This document shows positions 8,924 to 19,280 of a stretch of DNA of 64,000 bases, one piece after another; position 1 is the stretch's first letter; every line of letters begins with the position of its first letter. The notes under the pieces were generated by a model. The model was not told the origin of the DNA. It worked only from the letters and a program-made list of their open reading frames with translations, and did not search any database. The DNA is from Chitinophagales bacterium (GTDB lineage Bacteria; Bacteroidota; Bacteroidia; Chitinophagales; LD1), in contig JAXLUK010000002.1 in the NCBI GenBank assembly GCA_046329555.1, positions 128,983 through 192,982 on the forward strand, given 5' to 3'. A program made the translations under genes and the position numbers.

Positions 8924-11900
8924 TTACTTTTTGTTATTGAGCAGGTTAATAGCGCCTTTATAAATCCGGGAATCACCCTTATTTTTCACCGCATAGTAGT
9001 AAGTGCCATCTGGTAGCATATTGCCGTTGTTCTTAAAGGTGCCGTTCCAGTCGTTTACATAAGCGCCACTTTCAAATACTACTTCGCCCCAGCGATTGAA
9101 AATGATCACTTGCGCGGATGGGAACTGGTTCAGATCAATGATCCACACATCGTTCTTGCCGTCGCCATTCGGCGTCATCACATCAGGGAACAACAGATTG
9201 GTATTCGGTGTTACCACTACTTTCACCGAATCGGTAGCCGTACAACCATACATATCCATTACGGTCAGATAATATTGCGCATCTACGCTTGGCGTTGCAA
9301 GTGGGTTCGCCACAATGGCATAATTCAAAGTAGAATCCGGATACCACAGATACGCGAATGGCGGACTACCAGACGCTGATCCTTCCAATTGCGTCCAGCT
9401 GCCACGGGCAACGGTGGTATCTGCACCTGCATCCACAGTTGGCGAAGCATGACCCAGAACTTGCAATGACGCAGAATCAGAAGTGCAGGCATTTGTTGTA
9501 ATGGCTAAGATATTATATACCGAATCTGCAGTTGCGGTTAACACGTGTGGATTATCAGCCACGGCCATGCCGTTTATATAAATTACCGTGTTACCGGCAC
9601 CGGCAGCTGTAAGTGTTACTGACTCTCCTGCGCAAATCACATTGTCGGCATCACTACTGGTTAATGTCGTTCCCGGTTTACCGGCTACAGTGACATTTAT
9701 AAATGCAGATTTCGAACCACAACCATTCAAACTATTTGCTGAAACGCTGATGGTACCGTTGCTGGCCGTATTGCCTAAATCTAGCACAGCAACATTGCCA
9801 CTTTGAACTAAACTGGCATCACTACCTTGGTAAGTCCATGAATAGCTAACACCAGGATCGTTTTGCACAGCAAAGACATGAGCCAGCGTGCCGGCACAGA
9901 ACGCACTATCAGCCTGAACAAATACCGGAGCCGCGGCAACTGCCTTTCCTACAATAGTAACCATGGCCGTATCACGGCAAGTATTGGCATCTATATAAAC
10001 CGCCATGTATGTGCCTGGCGGAACTGCACCTGGATTTGGCGTATTGAAGTTGATCGGCGTGAATCCTCCGAAATTAATACTGTTCAGATTAAACGTATTG
10101 TTTACACAAACAGAATCGATTACATCATTACCCAGATTTGGATTGTTATTCACTACCAGATTCAACGTAATCACGCTATCACAATTTGCGGCATTCGGCA
10201 ATGTGTCGCGATAGGTTCCGGCATTGCTAAGTAGCTGCCCGTTAAATACATAAGTACTACCTAAACAAATAGCCGCATTGACCGTAGTTGCTGAAGGCGA
10301 ACCAACCGTAAGATTCAGCACCACAACGCTATCACAACCACCTACGGCAGCACCCAGTATGGTATCGCGGTAAACACCAGCCGCGGAAAGATTCATTCCG
10401 TTGAACGGATATACACCGCCATTGCAGATACTACCGGAAATTGTAGATGTAATAATTGGCGAAACAGTCAAATTTGTAATTACTACACTATCACATCCGC
10501 TGACAGCCAACAGGGTGTCGCGATAGGTACCGGATGTGGTATAGATATGTTGCCCTACTACCACAGAAGCACCGGTACAAATAGTAGGTGACTGTGTAGT
10601 ACTGATTGCAGGAAGGATGGTGAGATCAGAAACAATGATACTATCACAGGTATTGACAGCTGCAAACGTATCGCTGTACCAACCGCTTGCATAGTAAACA
10701 TGAGTTCCGACCACCAATGAATCATTGGCGCAAAGCACCACATGCTGCGTATCGCGCTGAGAAGGCGTTACGAGTAATTCAGTACTCACTATACTGTCGC
10801 ATAGCGCTGCATTCACTAAAGTATCGGTGTACGTTCCGGCAAGGGTATAAGTATGTGTTCCGATAGTATAAGACCTTCCTTCACAAATGAATATCGACTG
10901 TCCGTAGAAGCTGCTATTCTTAATCTGTAACGTAGTTGTGATAATACTATCACATCCAAAACTATTGGGCAGCGTATCGGTATAAACACCCGCGCTGCTA
11001 TAGGTATGGATACCCACGGTTACTGATTGTCCGTTACAAACCGACAAGCTTTGTGCAAACGAACTGGCTGGATTTACGGTGAGGTTCGTTGTAACGATAC
11101 TATCACATAATACGCCGGCCAGCGTATCTGTATAGGTACCTGTGGCGCCGTAAGTATGCACACCTACTGAAACTGTTTGACCCTGACAAAGCACTAAGGT
11201 TTGATTACCTGTTGCGTACGGACGAACATTTACAGTTGTTACCAGAATACTATCACAGCCGGTTGATGCGGCCAGTGTATCCGTGTAAACACCAGCGGCA
11301 GTATAAACATGCGCGCCCACGGCTACTGATTGACCCGGACAAATATCTACGCTCTGACTAAAATTCACAGGAATTATGGTGACAGTAGTAGTGATAATAC
11401 TATCACACCCAGATACGGCTGCTAATGTATCGGTAAAGACCCCGGCGGCATTATACAGATGTACGCCCACAGAAACACTTTGACCCGGACACAGATTAAA
11501 CGACTGGGCACTCAGTACCGGATTAATAACCGACAAATCTGTAGTAATGATACTATCGCATCCATTTACGCCAGTCAGCGTATCAGCGTATATTCCCGCT
11601 GCATAATAAACCGAATTGCCTACTACAAAACTATCTCCGCTACAAATACTTTGATTTAATGAAGTAGTACTCACGGTAAGTACCGTAAGGTGGGTCACCA
11701 CAATGCTATCGCAGCCTCCTGCTGTAACCAACGTATCATAGTAATCACCAGCGGTAGTATAGGTATTGCCACCCACTACCACTTGTGCGCCCTGACAAAT
11801 TACCGGTGACTGTACTACTGAATCTGCCGGCGTCACCGTGAGATGGTAAACAACTATACTATCGCATCCAACAGATGCGGTAAGTGTATCCTGATAATCG

Positions 11901-14900
11901 CCCGATGCGGTATAGCTGGCAGCACCCACAGCAAAGGATGTACCCTGGCAGATGACCGGATACAAATCCGTTGTAATCTGAGGAAGTATAGTTACATCGA
12001 GATCTATCACGCTGTCGCATGCCAGCATGTTCGTTAATACTACCTGATACAATCCGGTGGCGCTGTAAAATTGACCATTGTACGCAACGCTATCGCCGAA
12101 GCAGGCGCTCAGCGATAATGATGAACCGCCTGGAATCACATATAGGTTTGTTGTCTGGAAACTATCACATCCCGTAACACTGGTTAATGTGTCGTAATAA
12201 GTTCCGGTAAATGAGTAGTAATTCGAACCAACCTGGATATAATCATCTTCGCAAATCACAACATCCTTAACCACAGTATTCTTCGGACGAATATCCAATT
12301 CCGTACTCACAATACTATCGCAGCCGAAGCTGTTAGGAATAGTATCCAAATAAACGCCTGGTACCATATGCACATTAGCTCCGATAAACAACGTGTCGCC
12401 GAAGCAAAGTGTTACGCTCTGACCAAATGAAGTTTGAGGAAGAATAGTAATTGTTGTCGTAATCACGCTATCACAACTGAAGGCATTCGCAATGGTATCT
12501 GTATAGGTACCGGCTGCCTTATAAACATGACCCGCTACAACAGCTGAATCTCCAAGACAAAACTGCAACCACTGCGCATAAGATGAAGTAGGATTAACCG
12601 TTAAATCAGTATATACGATACTGTCACACAGCAGCATATTCTTGAATGTATCAGCATACAACCCGGCAGTTGTATACGTATGCGTTCCTATTGAGAAACT
12701 CTGACCCTGACAAATGGCAACGCTTTGAGAGGTGCTCGCCGGAATGACATACAACGCAGTTGTAACTACGCTGTCGCAGCTATATTGATTAGTTAGAACA
12801 TCGGTAAAAGTTCCTGAGGTAGTATAGGTACTGCCTCCTACCTGAACAGATTGTCCAGCGCATATCATCAAAGACTGAGTGACACTATCAATCGGATTGA
12901 TAAGAATGGAAGTCGTTAAAACACTATCGCAGCCAGTCACCGAAGTGAGCGTATCGGTATAAGTTCCGGTAGTGTTATAAGTGTGGCTTCCTATGGTTAC
13001 ACTTCCTGAACCGCAGAAGGTTAAAGACTGGCTACCTGTAATCAGATTGCGGACGGTAAGATCCGTAGTCACCACACTATCGCAACCTAAACTATTCAGA
13101 AATGTATCTGTATAAACACCAGATGCATTGTAAGTATGGGTGCCTATCGAGTAGCTGGCACCAAAACAAATAGTTACATTTTGAGAAGAAGCAGTATTCG
13201 GATTTACAGTTAAGTCGGTAAATACAATGCTATCACATAACAACGCATTTTGCAGCGTATCGGTATAAGAGCCGGCAACAGTGTATGTATTACTACCAAT
13301 TGAATAACTCTGACCCTGACAAATTGTTACGTTCTGTGAAGTGCTTTGCGGAATTACATAAACATCAGTTATTACAATACTATCACAACCAAACTGATTA
13401 CCTAAGGTATCTATATAACTTCCGGTCAGGCTATAGCTATTGCTGCCCACTTGCACTGTTTGTCCGAAACAAATGGTGAACGACTGACTGATGTGATCAA
13501 TCGGATTGATTGTTAAGTTAGTTGTCAGAATACTATCGCAACCAGTAACGGAAGTTAAGGTGTCAGTATAGGTGCCTGTAGCTGTATATGTATGGCTTCC
13601 CACATTAACACTTCCAGATCCGCAGAAGGTTAAAGACTGGCTACCTGAAATCAGATTGCGGACGGTAAGATTAGTAGTCACCACACTATCGCAACCTAAA
13701 CTATTCAGAAATGTATCTGTATAAACACCAGATGCATTGTAAGTATTGGCGCCTATCGAGTAGCTGGCACCAAAGCAAATGGTTACATTTTGAGAAGAAG
13801 CAGTATTCGGATTAACCGTTAAGTCGGTAAATACAATGCTATCACATAACAACGCATTTTGTAGCGTATCGGTATAAGAGCCGGCAACAGTGTATGTATT
13901 ACTGCCAATTGAATAACTCTGACCCTGACAAATTGTGATATTCTGCGAAGTACTTTGCGGAATTACATTAACTAAGGTAGTCACGATGCTGTCACAACCA
14001 TATTGATTACCCATGGTATCTACATAAGTACCAGTGGTGCTATATATATTGCTTCCAACCTGAACGGTTTGCCCGAAGCAGATTGTAAATGACTGACTGA
14101 TATTATCAATCGGATTTATCGTCAAATCGGTTGTAACAATACTATCGCATCCTGTTACCGACGCTAACGTGTCTGTGTAACTTCCGGTGGTAGTGTAGGT
14201 ATGACTACCTACAACAACACTTCCAGTGCCGCAGAAGGTGAATGACTGATTGCTGGATATTGGATTTAATACGGTAAGATTAGTAGTCACCACGCTATCG
14301 CAACTCAAACTATTTAACAAAGTGTCGGAATACGTTCCTGACGCAGTATAGGTACTGCTGCCAATGCTATAACTTCCACCATAACAAATAGTCACATTTT
14401 GCGACGAACCTGCAGGAATAACATACAATGAAGTGTTCACTACGCTGTCGCAAACATATTGGTTAGCCAAAACATCAGTGTAGCTTCCGGTTGACGTATA
14501 AACGTTTGAACCTACCACAATACTATCGCCGCTGCAAATAGTAAAAGACTGATTGACTGTATCGGTAGGATTAATGACAAGGGTAGAAACCACAACACTA
14601 TCGCAACCGTTGGTAGCTACCAGGGTATCGGTGTAAGTACCTGCGGAAGTATATGTATGAACGCCAACACTTACACTACCACTTCCGCAGAACGTAATTG
14701 TTTGCGTATCCGTGATCAACGGCATTACGTTTAGATTGGTCGTAATAATACTGTCGCATCCGTATGAATTAGCAAAAGTATCCGCATAGAATCCGGTACT
14801 TGAATAGGTATGTGCTCCAATAGTATAAGATGCCCCAAAGCAAATAGCCACCGCCTGCGTATCGTTGGTGGAAGGATTTACTGTGAGATTGGTAGTTACA

Positions 14901-15871
14901 ATGCTGTCGCAGGTATTGGCACCAATCAAGGTATCAAGGTAGGTTCCAGCTACTGTATAAGAGTGGCTGCCAATGGTATAAGTTTGACCATTACAAATTA
15001 CTACATCCTGCGTATCGGCAGTTGGATACAGTAAATTCAATGGAATTTGTACCGAACTATAGCAACCTTTGAAGTAAGGTAATGATACGATAGCTGTGAA
15101 TGAATCATTGGCAATAGGAACCAATTTAGGTTGAACCACTAAGTTGCCGCGCGCAAATTTCACCACACCGCCGCCGGTTTCGCCACCCACAAAATCTCTT
15201 AAATCAACAGTATCTCCAAGACAACTATTGATAGTAGTAGCGGTAAGATCTGGTGATGGATGTACATTGAAGCTATCCAGATAATTATTGATGCAACCCG
15301 GATTTTGCGCATCAATACTATCACCGTCAAACAACACCTGTGTGTAATGCCAACCTAATGCTAACGTAGAGGGGTCGAAAATTCCAGATGGCAATCCATC
15401 TAAAAAGAAACTGCCTACTCCTGCACCAGTAATGGTTACCGTATCCTGTGCCGAATTCTGACAATAATCGCTATACAAACCATCAATGGTTGCCTGAGGA
15501 TAGTAACAAATGCCGTTGGCAGAGAGCGTATCGGTTCCGTTAGTAACAACTACTGAAAAATTCATGCCGTCGATATGACGGCCCGATAATTCATAAACAC
15601 CTGTACCCAAATCTGTGAGGGGCGTTCCCGGAAGAATTGCATCAGGGGCAACAGGAGGATTACCACTGGTAGTTTGATAGAAGCTATCGGCCGCAACCAC
15701 CACCCAGGCATCGCCTAAATTACCATTTACCTGAATAGTTGAATTGAACTGACCGGTACCATTGCCATTGGCGTTATTACTACAAGCACACGGGCTCACC
15801 GAAATAGTTTGCCCCGTGGCCCATCCGGCTATACAACATCCCACTAAAACTGCGTATAAACGTTTCATCAT
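8924..15871 (-). CDS. 2315-aa repetitive adhesin-like protein with T9SS type B (gliding motility-associated, CHU_C-type) C-terminal sorting domain
   Basis: It has a signal peptide followed by 32 tandem ~51-aa Cys-containing units. The C-terminus (FPDVMTPNGDGKNDVWII...FNRWGEVVF...WNG...LPDGTYYY) matches the type B CTD. It lies directly upstream of a PorP/SprF-family gene, the usual pairing for type B cargo. Confidence 0.85.
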   Translation of the reverse strand: MMKRLYAVLVGCCIAGWATGQTISVSPCACSNNANGNGTGQFNSTIQVNGNLGDAWVVVAADSFYQTTSGNPPVAPDAILPGTPLTDLGTGVYELSGRHIDGMNFSVVVTNGTDTLSANGICYYPQATIDGLYSDYCQNSAQDTVTITGAGVGSFFLDGLPSGIFDPSTLALGWHYTQVLFDGDSIDAQNPGCINNYLDSFNVHPSPDLTATTINSCLGDTVDLRDFVGGETGGGVVKFARGNLVVQPKLVPIANDSFTAIVSLPYFKGCYSSVQIPLNLLYPTADTQDVVICNGQTYTIGSHSYTVAGTYLDTLIGANTCDSIVTTNLTVNPSTNDTQAVAICFGASYTIGAHTYSSTGFYADTFANSYGCDSIITTNLNVMPLITDTQTITFCGSGSVSVGVHTYTSAGTYTDTLVATNGCDSVVVSTLVINPTDTVNQSFTICSGDSIVVGSNVYTSTGSYTDVLANQYVCDSVVNTSLYVIPAGSSQNVTICYGGSYSIGSSTYTASGTYSDTLLNSLSCDSVVTTNLTVLNPISSNQSFTFCGTGSVVVGSHTYTTTGSYTDTLASVTGCDSIVTTDLTINPIDNISQSFTICFGQTVQVGSNIYSTTGTYVDTMGNQYGCDSIVTTLVNVIPQSTSQNITICQGQSYSIGSNTYTVAGSYTDTLQNALLCDSIVFTDLTVNPNTASSQNVTICFGASYSIGANTYNASGVYTDTFLNSLGCDSVVTTNLTVRNLISGSQSLTFCGSGSVNVGSHTYTATGTYTDTLTSVTGCDSILTTNLTINPIDHISQSFTICFGQTVQVGSNSYSLTGSYIDTLGNQFGCDSIVITDVYVIPQSTSQNVTICQGQSYSIGSNTYTVAGSYTDTLQNALLCDSIVFTDLTVNPNTASSQNVTICFGASYSIGTHTYNASGVYTDTFLNSLGCDSVVTTDLTVRNLITGSQSLTFCGSGSVTIGSHTYNTTGTYTDTLTSVTGCDSVLTTSILINPIDSVTQSLMICAGQSVQVGGSTYTTSGTFTDVLTNQYSCDSVVTTALYVIPASTSQSVAICQGQSFSIGTHTYTTAGLYADTFKNMLLCDSIVYTDLTVNPTSSYAQWLQFCLGDSAVVAGHVYKAAGTYTDTIANAFSCDSVITTTITILPQTSFGQSVTLCFGDTLFIGANVHMVPGVYLDTIPNSFGCDSIVSTELDIRPKNTVVKDVVICEDDYIQVGSNYYSFTGTYYDTLTSVTGCDSFQTTNLYVIPGGSSLSLSACFGDSVAYNGQFYSATGLYQVVLTNMLACDSVIDLDVTILPQITTDLYPVICQGTSFAVGAASYTASGDYQDTLTASVGCDSIVVYHLTVTPADSVVQSPVICQGAQVVVGGNTYTTAGDYYDTLVTAGGCDSIVVTHLTVLTVSTTSLNQSICSGDSFVVGNSVYYAAGIYADTLTGVNGCDSIITTDLSVINPVLSAQSFNLCPGQSVSVGVHLYNAAGVFTDTLAAVSGCDSIITTTVTIIPVNFSQSVDICPGQSVAVGAHVYTAAGVYTDTLAASTGCDSILVTTVNVRPYATGNQTLVLCQGQTVSVGVHTYGATGTYTDTLAGVLCDSIVTTNLTVNPASSFAQSLSVCNGQSVTVGIHTYSSAGVYTDTLPNSFGCDSIITTTLQIKNSSFYGQSIFICEGRSYTIGTHTYTLAGTYTDTLVNAALCDSIVSTELLVTPSQRDTQHVVLCANDSLVVGTHVYYASGWYSDTFAAVNTCDSIIVSDLTILPAISTTQSPTICTGASVVVGQHIYTTSGTYRDTLLAVSGCDSVVITNLTVSPIITSTISGSICNGGVYPFNGMNLSAAGVYRDTILGAAVGGCDSVVVLNLTVGSPSATTVNAAICLGSTYVFNGQLLSNAGTYRDTLPNAANCDSVITLNLVVNNNPNLGNDVIDSVCVNNTFNLNSINFGGFTPINFNTPNPGAVPPGTYMAVYIDANTCRDTAMVTIVGKAVAAAPVFVQADSAFCAGTLAHVFAVQNDPGVSYSWTYQGSDASLVQSGNVAVLDLGNTASNGTISVSANSLNGCGSKSAFINVTVAGKPGTTLTSSDADNVICAGESVTLTAAGAGNTVIYINGMAVADNPHVLTATADSVYNILAITTNACTSDSASLQVLGHASPTVDAGADTTVARGSWTQLEGSASGSPPFAYLWYPDSTLNYAIVANPLATPSVDAQYYLTVMDMYGCTATDSVKVVVTPNTNLLFPDVMTPNGDGKNDVWIIDLNQFPSAQVIIFNRWGEVVFESGAYVNDWNGTFKNNGNMLPDGTYYYAVKNKGDSRIYKGAINLLNNKK
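10220..15025 (-). repeat. In-frame tandem repeat region: 32 units of ~153 bp (51 aa)
   Basis: The unit motif is C-x-G-x(5,6)-G-x2-Y-x3-G-x-Y-x-D-T-x(5,6)-C-D-S-[IV]-x3-[LV]. I counted 32 CDS[IV] motifs in the translation. The boundaries are approximate. Confidence 0.8.
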
Positions 15872-16059
15872 ATGCGTCGGAAATATGGCGCAAGGATACA
15901 GCGACTTCCTACTTCCCCGCTTCCACTTATAAACAGCCGTTTTATTTTCTGTACAAATCCATCTATTGTCTAATCGGCTGTGCTTTTTACATCAGTTGTG
16001 TACAATTCGGCGTTCTTTAATTACCTATTGCCGCCACAAAAAGCCAATTTTTGAAAACT

Positions 16060-18582
16060 ATGGAAATGGAAGCAGAGCAACCCAAGGGCAGAAAAGCCAA
16101 AGCTAAGACAGACGAAACTGCTGCGCCGGTAAAAAAGAAACCCAAAAGCCGGCCTGCAACTGATTTCGAAGAGGAAGAGTCTGTACCCTTCTGGAAAGAC
16201 GGACGGTTGGCAAAAATTGCCGGTATGTCATTGCTATTGGCGTCTTTCGTTATGGCTGTAGGCTTCACCTCCTATTTGTTCCACGGCGCAGATGACCAAT
16301 CAGAAATTGCCAATCGCACCGTAGATGCACTTACTGACAATTCAGTGAAAGTACACAACAGTATCGGCCGTGTTGGTGCAGTTGCCGCACATGTGCTGGT
16401 GCAGAATTTGTTTGGTCTGGCTTCCTACCTTTTATGCTTGCTCACCTTTGTAATTGGCTTCAATTTACTGCTGCAGAAGAAGATTTTTAATATCCTCAAA
16501 ATCACCTTATATGGCGCGGCCATTATTGTGTGGACCTCTGCCGCGCTGAGCTTTCTGAATCAACTCATTTACCCTTCTTCAGTTTTTAGCTGGGGTGGTG
16601 CATTTGGCGATTATCTCACAGGAACGGAAGGTCAACTCACTGGATTATTACAAACGGTTGGTACAGCAGCATTGCTGGCCGTAACCGCATTGGCCGGCCT
16701 GGTATGGGCCTATAACTTCAACTTTAACTTCCTGATGCGGCCATTTGAACGAACGCATAGCGAAGAGCAAACGGCTCCGGTGGTAAATGAAGTGCCCGAA
16801 TTCAGAGATGAAAGCGAAAACATTTTTGGGAAAGATCAATTGCACACCGAGATTAAACCGGCTGTTGAATTACTGACACCTGATAATTTGGTAGAAGAAG
16901 AAGAATCGGATGAAGAACTGGTGCTTACCACTAAGGTGCCCGCCGAAATTCCGCATCAGTTGGGTGATTTGGAAATCACTAATGCCGGCGATGCCGATTT
17001 GGAATTAGATATTCAACAGGTGAAGGAAGAGCCGGTGGCGACAACAACCGGCGCGCTAACAACCAAGTACGACCCAACGCTTGATTTGTCAAACTACGCC
17101 TTCCCATCTATTGAGTTGTTGGAAGAATACGGCAGCGAAAAAATGAAAATTGATCCGGAAGAATTGGAGCGAAACAAGAACCAAATTATCGCTACACTCA
17201 ATAACTACCAGATTGAAATTTCTAAAATCAAAGCTACTATCGGACCAACCGTTACGCTGTATGAAATCGTTCCTGCGCCAGGTGTAAGAATTTCAAAAAT
17301 TAAAAATCTGGAAGACGATATCGCCCTCAGTTTAGCGGCTTTGGGCATTCGTATAATCGCTCCTATTCCAGGAAAGGGCACTGTGGGTATTGAAGTGCCT
17401 AACATGAATAAAGAGGTGGTGTCCATGCGGTCGCTGCTGGCCTCCGAGAAATTCCAAAACACCAGCGCCGATTTGCCCATTTGTTTAGGCAAAACGATTT
17501 CCAACGAAATTCTCGTAGCGGATCTGGCCAAAATGCCGCACTTGCTGATGGCCGGTGCCACAGGGCAGGGAAAGTCAGTTGGTATCAACTCAATCCTGGT
17601 ATCACTGCTCTACAAAAAACATCCGTCGCAGTTAAAATTTGTGATGGTAGATCCCAAAAAAGTGGAGCTCAGCCTGTATGAAACATTAGAAAAACACTTC
17701 CTCGCCAAACTGCCAAACGAAGAAAACGCCATCATCACCGATACGAAAAAGGTAGTGACCACCTTGAACGCGTTGTGTATGGAAATGGACAACCGTTACG
17801 ATTTATTGAAGAAGGCACAGGTAAGAAATATCAAAGAATACAACCACAAATTCCTGAATCGTCAACTCAATCCGCAGAATGGTCATCAATTTTTACCCTA
17901 TATCGTTTTAGTGGTAGATGAATTTGCTGATTTGATTATGACGGCTGGCAAGGAGGTGGAGATGCCAATTGCCCGTCTGGCGCAGTTGGCCCGCGCCATC
18001 GGTATACACCTCATTCTGGCAACCCAGCGACCATCAGTAAACATTATTACCGGCACCATCAAGGCCAACTTCCCTGCTCGAATCGCATTTAAAACCACTT
18101 CTAAAATTGACTCCAGAACCATTCTGGATGCGGGCGGTTCAGAGCAATTGATAGGCCGTGGCGATATGCTGTTATCACAGGGAAGTGATATGATTCGACT
18201 GCAATGCGGGTTTGTAGATACCCCGGAAGTAGAGCGCGTTCGAGATTTTATTAGTGCGCAGCAAGGCTACCCGGATGCCTTCTTATTGCCTGATTATGTG
18301 GATCCTAATGAACTAAAAGGCGATGGTGATTTTCTGGCAGATGGCGAGCGAGACGAACTTTTTGAGGACGCCGCGCGTATAATAGTTCAGAATCAGATGG
18401 GGTCAACCTCGCTGCTGCAACGCAGAATGAAATTAGGTTATAACCGCGCCGGCCGACTGATGGATCAGTTACACGATGCGGGCATTGTTGGAGAGAATCT
18501 GGGCAGCAAGGCGAGAGAAGTGAAAATCAAGACTGAAGCGGAATTGGAACAGTATTTGCAAAAACTCCGTGAAGTAGTCTGA
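16060..18582 (+). CDS. ftsK: DNA translocase FtsK
   Basis: The N-terminus holds TM helices. The FtsK/SpoIIIE motor has Walker A GATGQGKS and VVDEFADL, and a C-terminal gamma domain is present (STSLLQRRMKLGYNRAGRLMDQL). The ORF track starts at TTG 16051; I prefer the ATG at 16060. Confidence 0.92.
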   Translation: MEMEAEQPKGRKAKAKTDETAAPVKKKPKSRPATDFEEEESVPFWKDGRLAKIAGMSLLLASFVMAVGFTSYLFHGADDQSEIANRTVDALTDNSVKVHNSIGRVGAVAAHVLVQNLFGLASYLLCLLTFVIGFNLLLQKKIFNILKITLYGAAIIVWTSAALSFLNQLIYPSSVFSWGGAFGDYLTGTEGQLTGLLQTVGTAALLAVTALAGLVWAYNFNFNFLMRPFERTHSEEQTAPVVNEVPEFRDESENIFGKDQLHTEIKPAVELLTPDNLVEEEESDEELVLTTKVPAEIPHQLGDLEITNAGDADLELDIQQVKEEPVATTTGALTTKYDPTLDLSNYAFPSIELLEEYGSEKMKIDPEELERNKNQIIATLNNYQIEISKIKATIGPTVTLYEIVPAPGVRISKIKNLEDDIALSLAALGIRIIAPIPGKGTVGIEVPNMNKEVVSMRSLLASEKFQNTSADLPICLGKTISNEILVADLAKMPHLLMAGATGQGKSVGINSILVSLLYKKHPSQLKFVMVDPKKVELSLYETLEKHFLAKLPNEENAIITDTKKVVTTLNALCMEMDNRYDLLKKAQVRNIKEYNHKFLNRQLNPQNGHQFLPYIVLVVDEFADLIMTAGKEVEMPIARLAQLARAIGIHLILATQRPSVNIITGTIKANFPARIAFKTTSKIDSRTILDAGGSEQLIGRGDMLLSQGSDMIRLQCGFVDTPEVERVRDFISAQQGYPDAFLLPDYVDPNELKGDGDFLADGERDELFEDAARIIVQNQMGSTSLLQRRMKLGYNRAGRLMDQLHDAGIVGENLGSKAREVKIKTEAELEQYLQKLREVV

Positions 18583-18587
18583 AAAAC

Positions 18588-19280
18588 ATGTTAAGAATTA
18601 AAAATTGCCGCATATGTATATCATTCTTGTTGTTGTTGTGGCTACCTGGCTGGTCTTGTTCCGCGCAAAAAGGTACCAACATTAACGATCCGGTTGCCGG
18701 TGAAATTCTAGATCGGGTAGCGAAAAAATATCAAGGGCAAGCTCTGGATATAGATTTTACGCTTACTACTGTTCGTCCGAAGTTAAAACCAGACGAGCCC
18801 GATGCTAAATACACCACCAACGAAAACGGAAAGTTACTGCTGAAAGGGAAACGGTTCCGAATCATTTTTGGCGGCCATGAGGTAGTATGCGATGGAAAAA
18901 ACATCTGGACCTATGCGCAATCCGCCAAAGAAGCGCAGCTGAACGAATACGATGAAAACGAAGAAACTTTTTCTCCGTCAAAAATCTTTTCGTTACACCA
19001 ATCCGGATATAGTTATCAGATTAAAGAGAAAAAGAATTTTCAGGGAAAGAATGTGACGGTTATAGAACTATCGCCGGCAAACAGAAAGGTGTCCTTTTTC
19101 AAAATTGATATTGCTGTTGAAGATGGAACTAACACGGTACTGGAATCAAAAGTGTATGAAAAGAACGGTGTGCGTTACATCTATAAAATAAATAAGGCCT
19201 TCCCTAGCAGCGCCACCGACGCAGATTTTGTTTTTGACACTAAAAGTCATCCGGGTGTGAAAGTAGTTGACCTCCGCTAG
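18588..19280 (+). CDS. lolA: LolA-like outer-membrane lipoprotein carrier protein
   Basis: It has a signal peptide and is ~230 aa. It sits immediately downstream of ftsK, a conserved Bacteroidota arrangement, and shows a LolA-like beta-rich pattern. Confidence 0.65.
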   Translation: MLRIKNCRICISFLLLLWLPGWSCSAQKGTNINDPVAGEILDRVAKKYQGQALDIDFTLTTVRPKLKPDEPDAKYTTNENGKLLLKGKRFRIIFGGHEVVCDGKNIWTYAQSAKEAQLNEYDENEETFSPSKIFSLHQSGYSYQIKEKKNFQGKNVTVIELSPANRKVSFFKIDIAVEDGTNTVLESKVYEKNGVRYIYKINKAFPSSATDADFVFDTKSHPGVKVVDLR

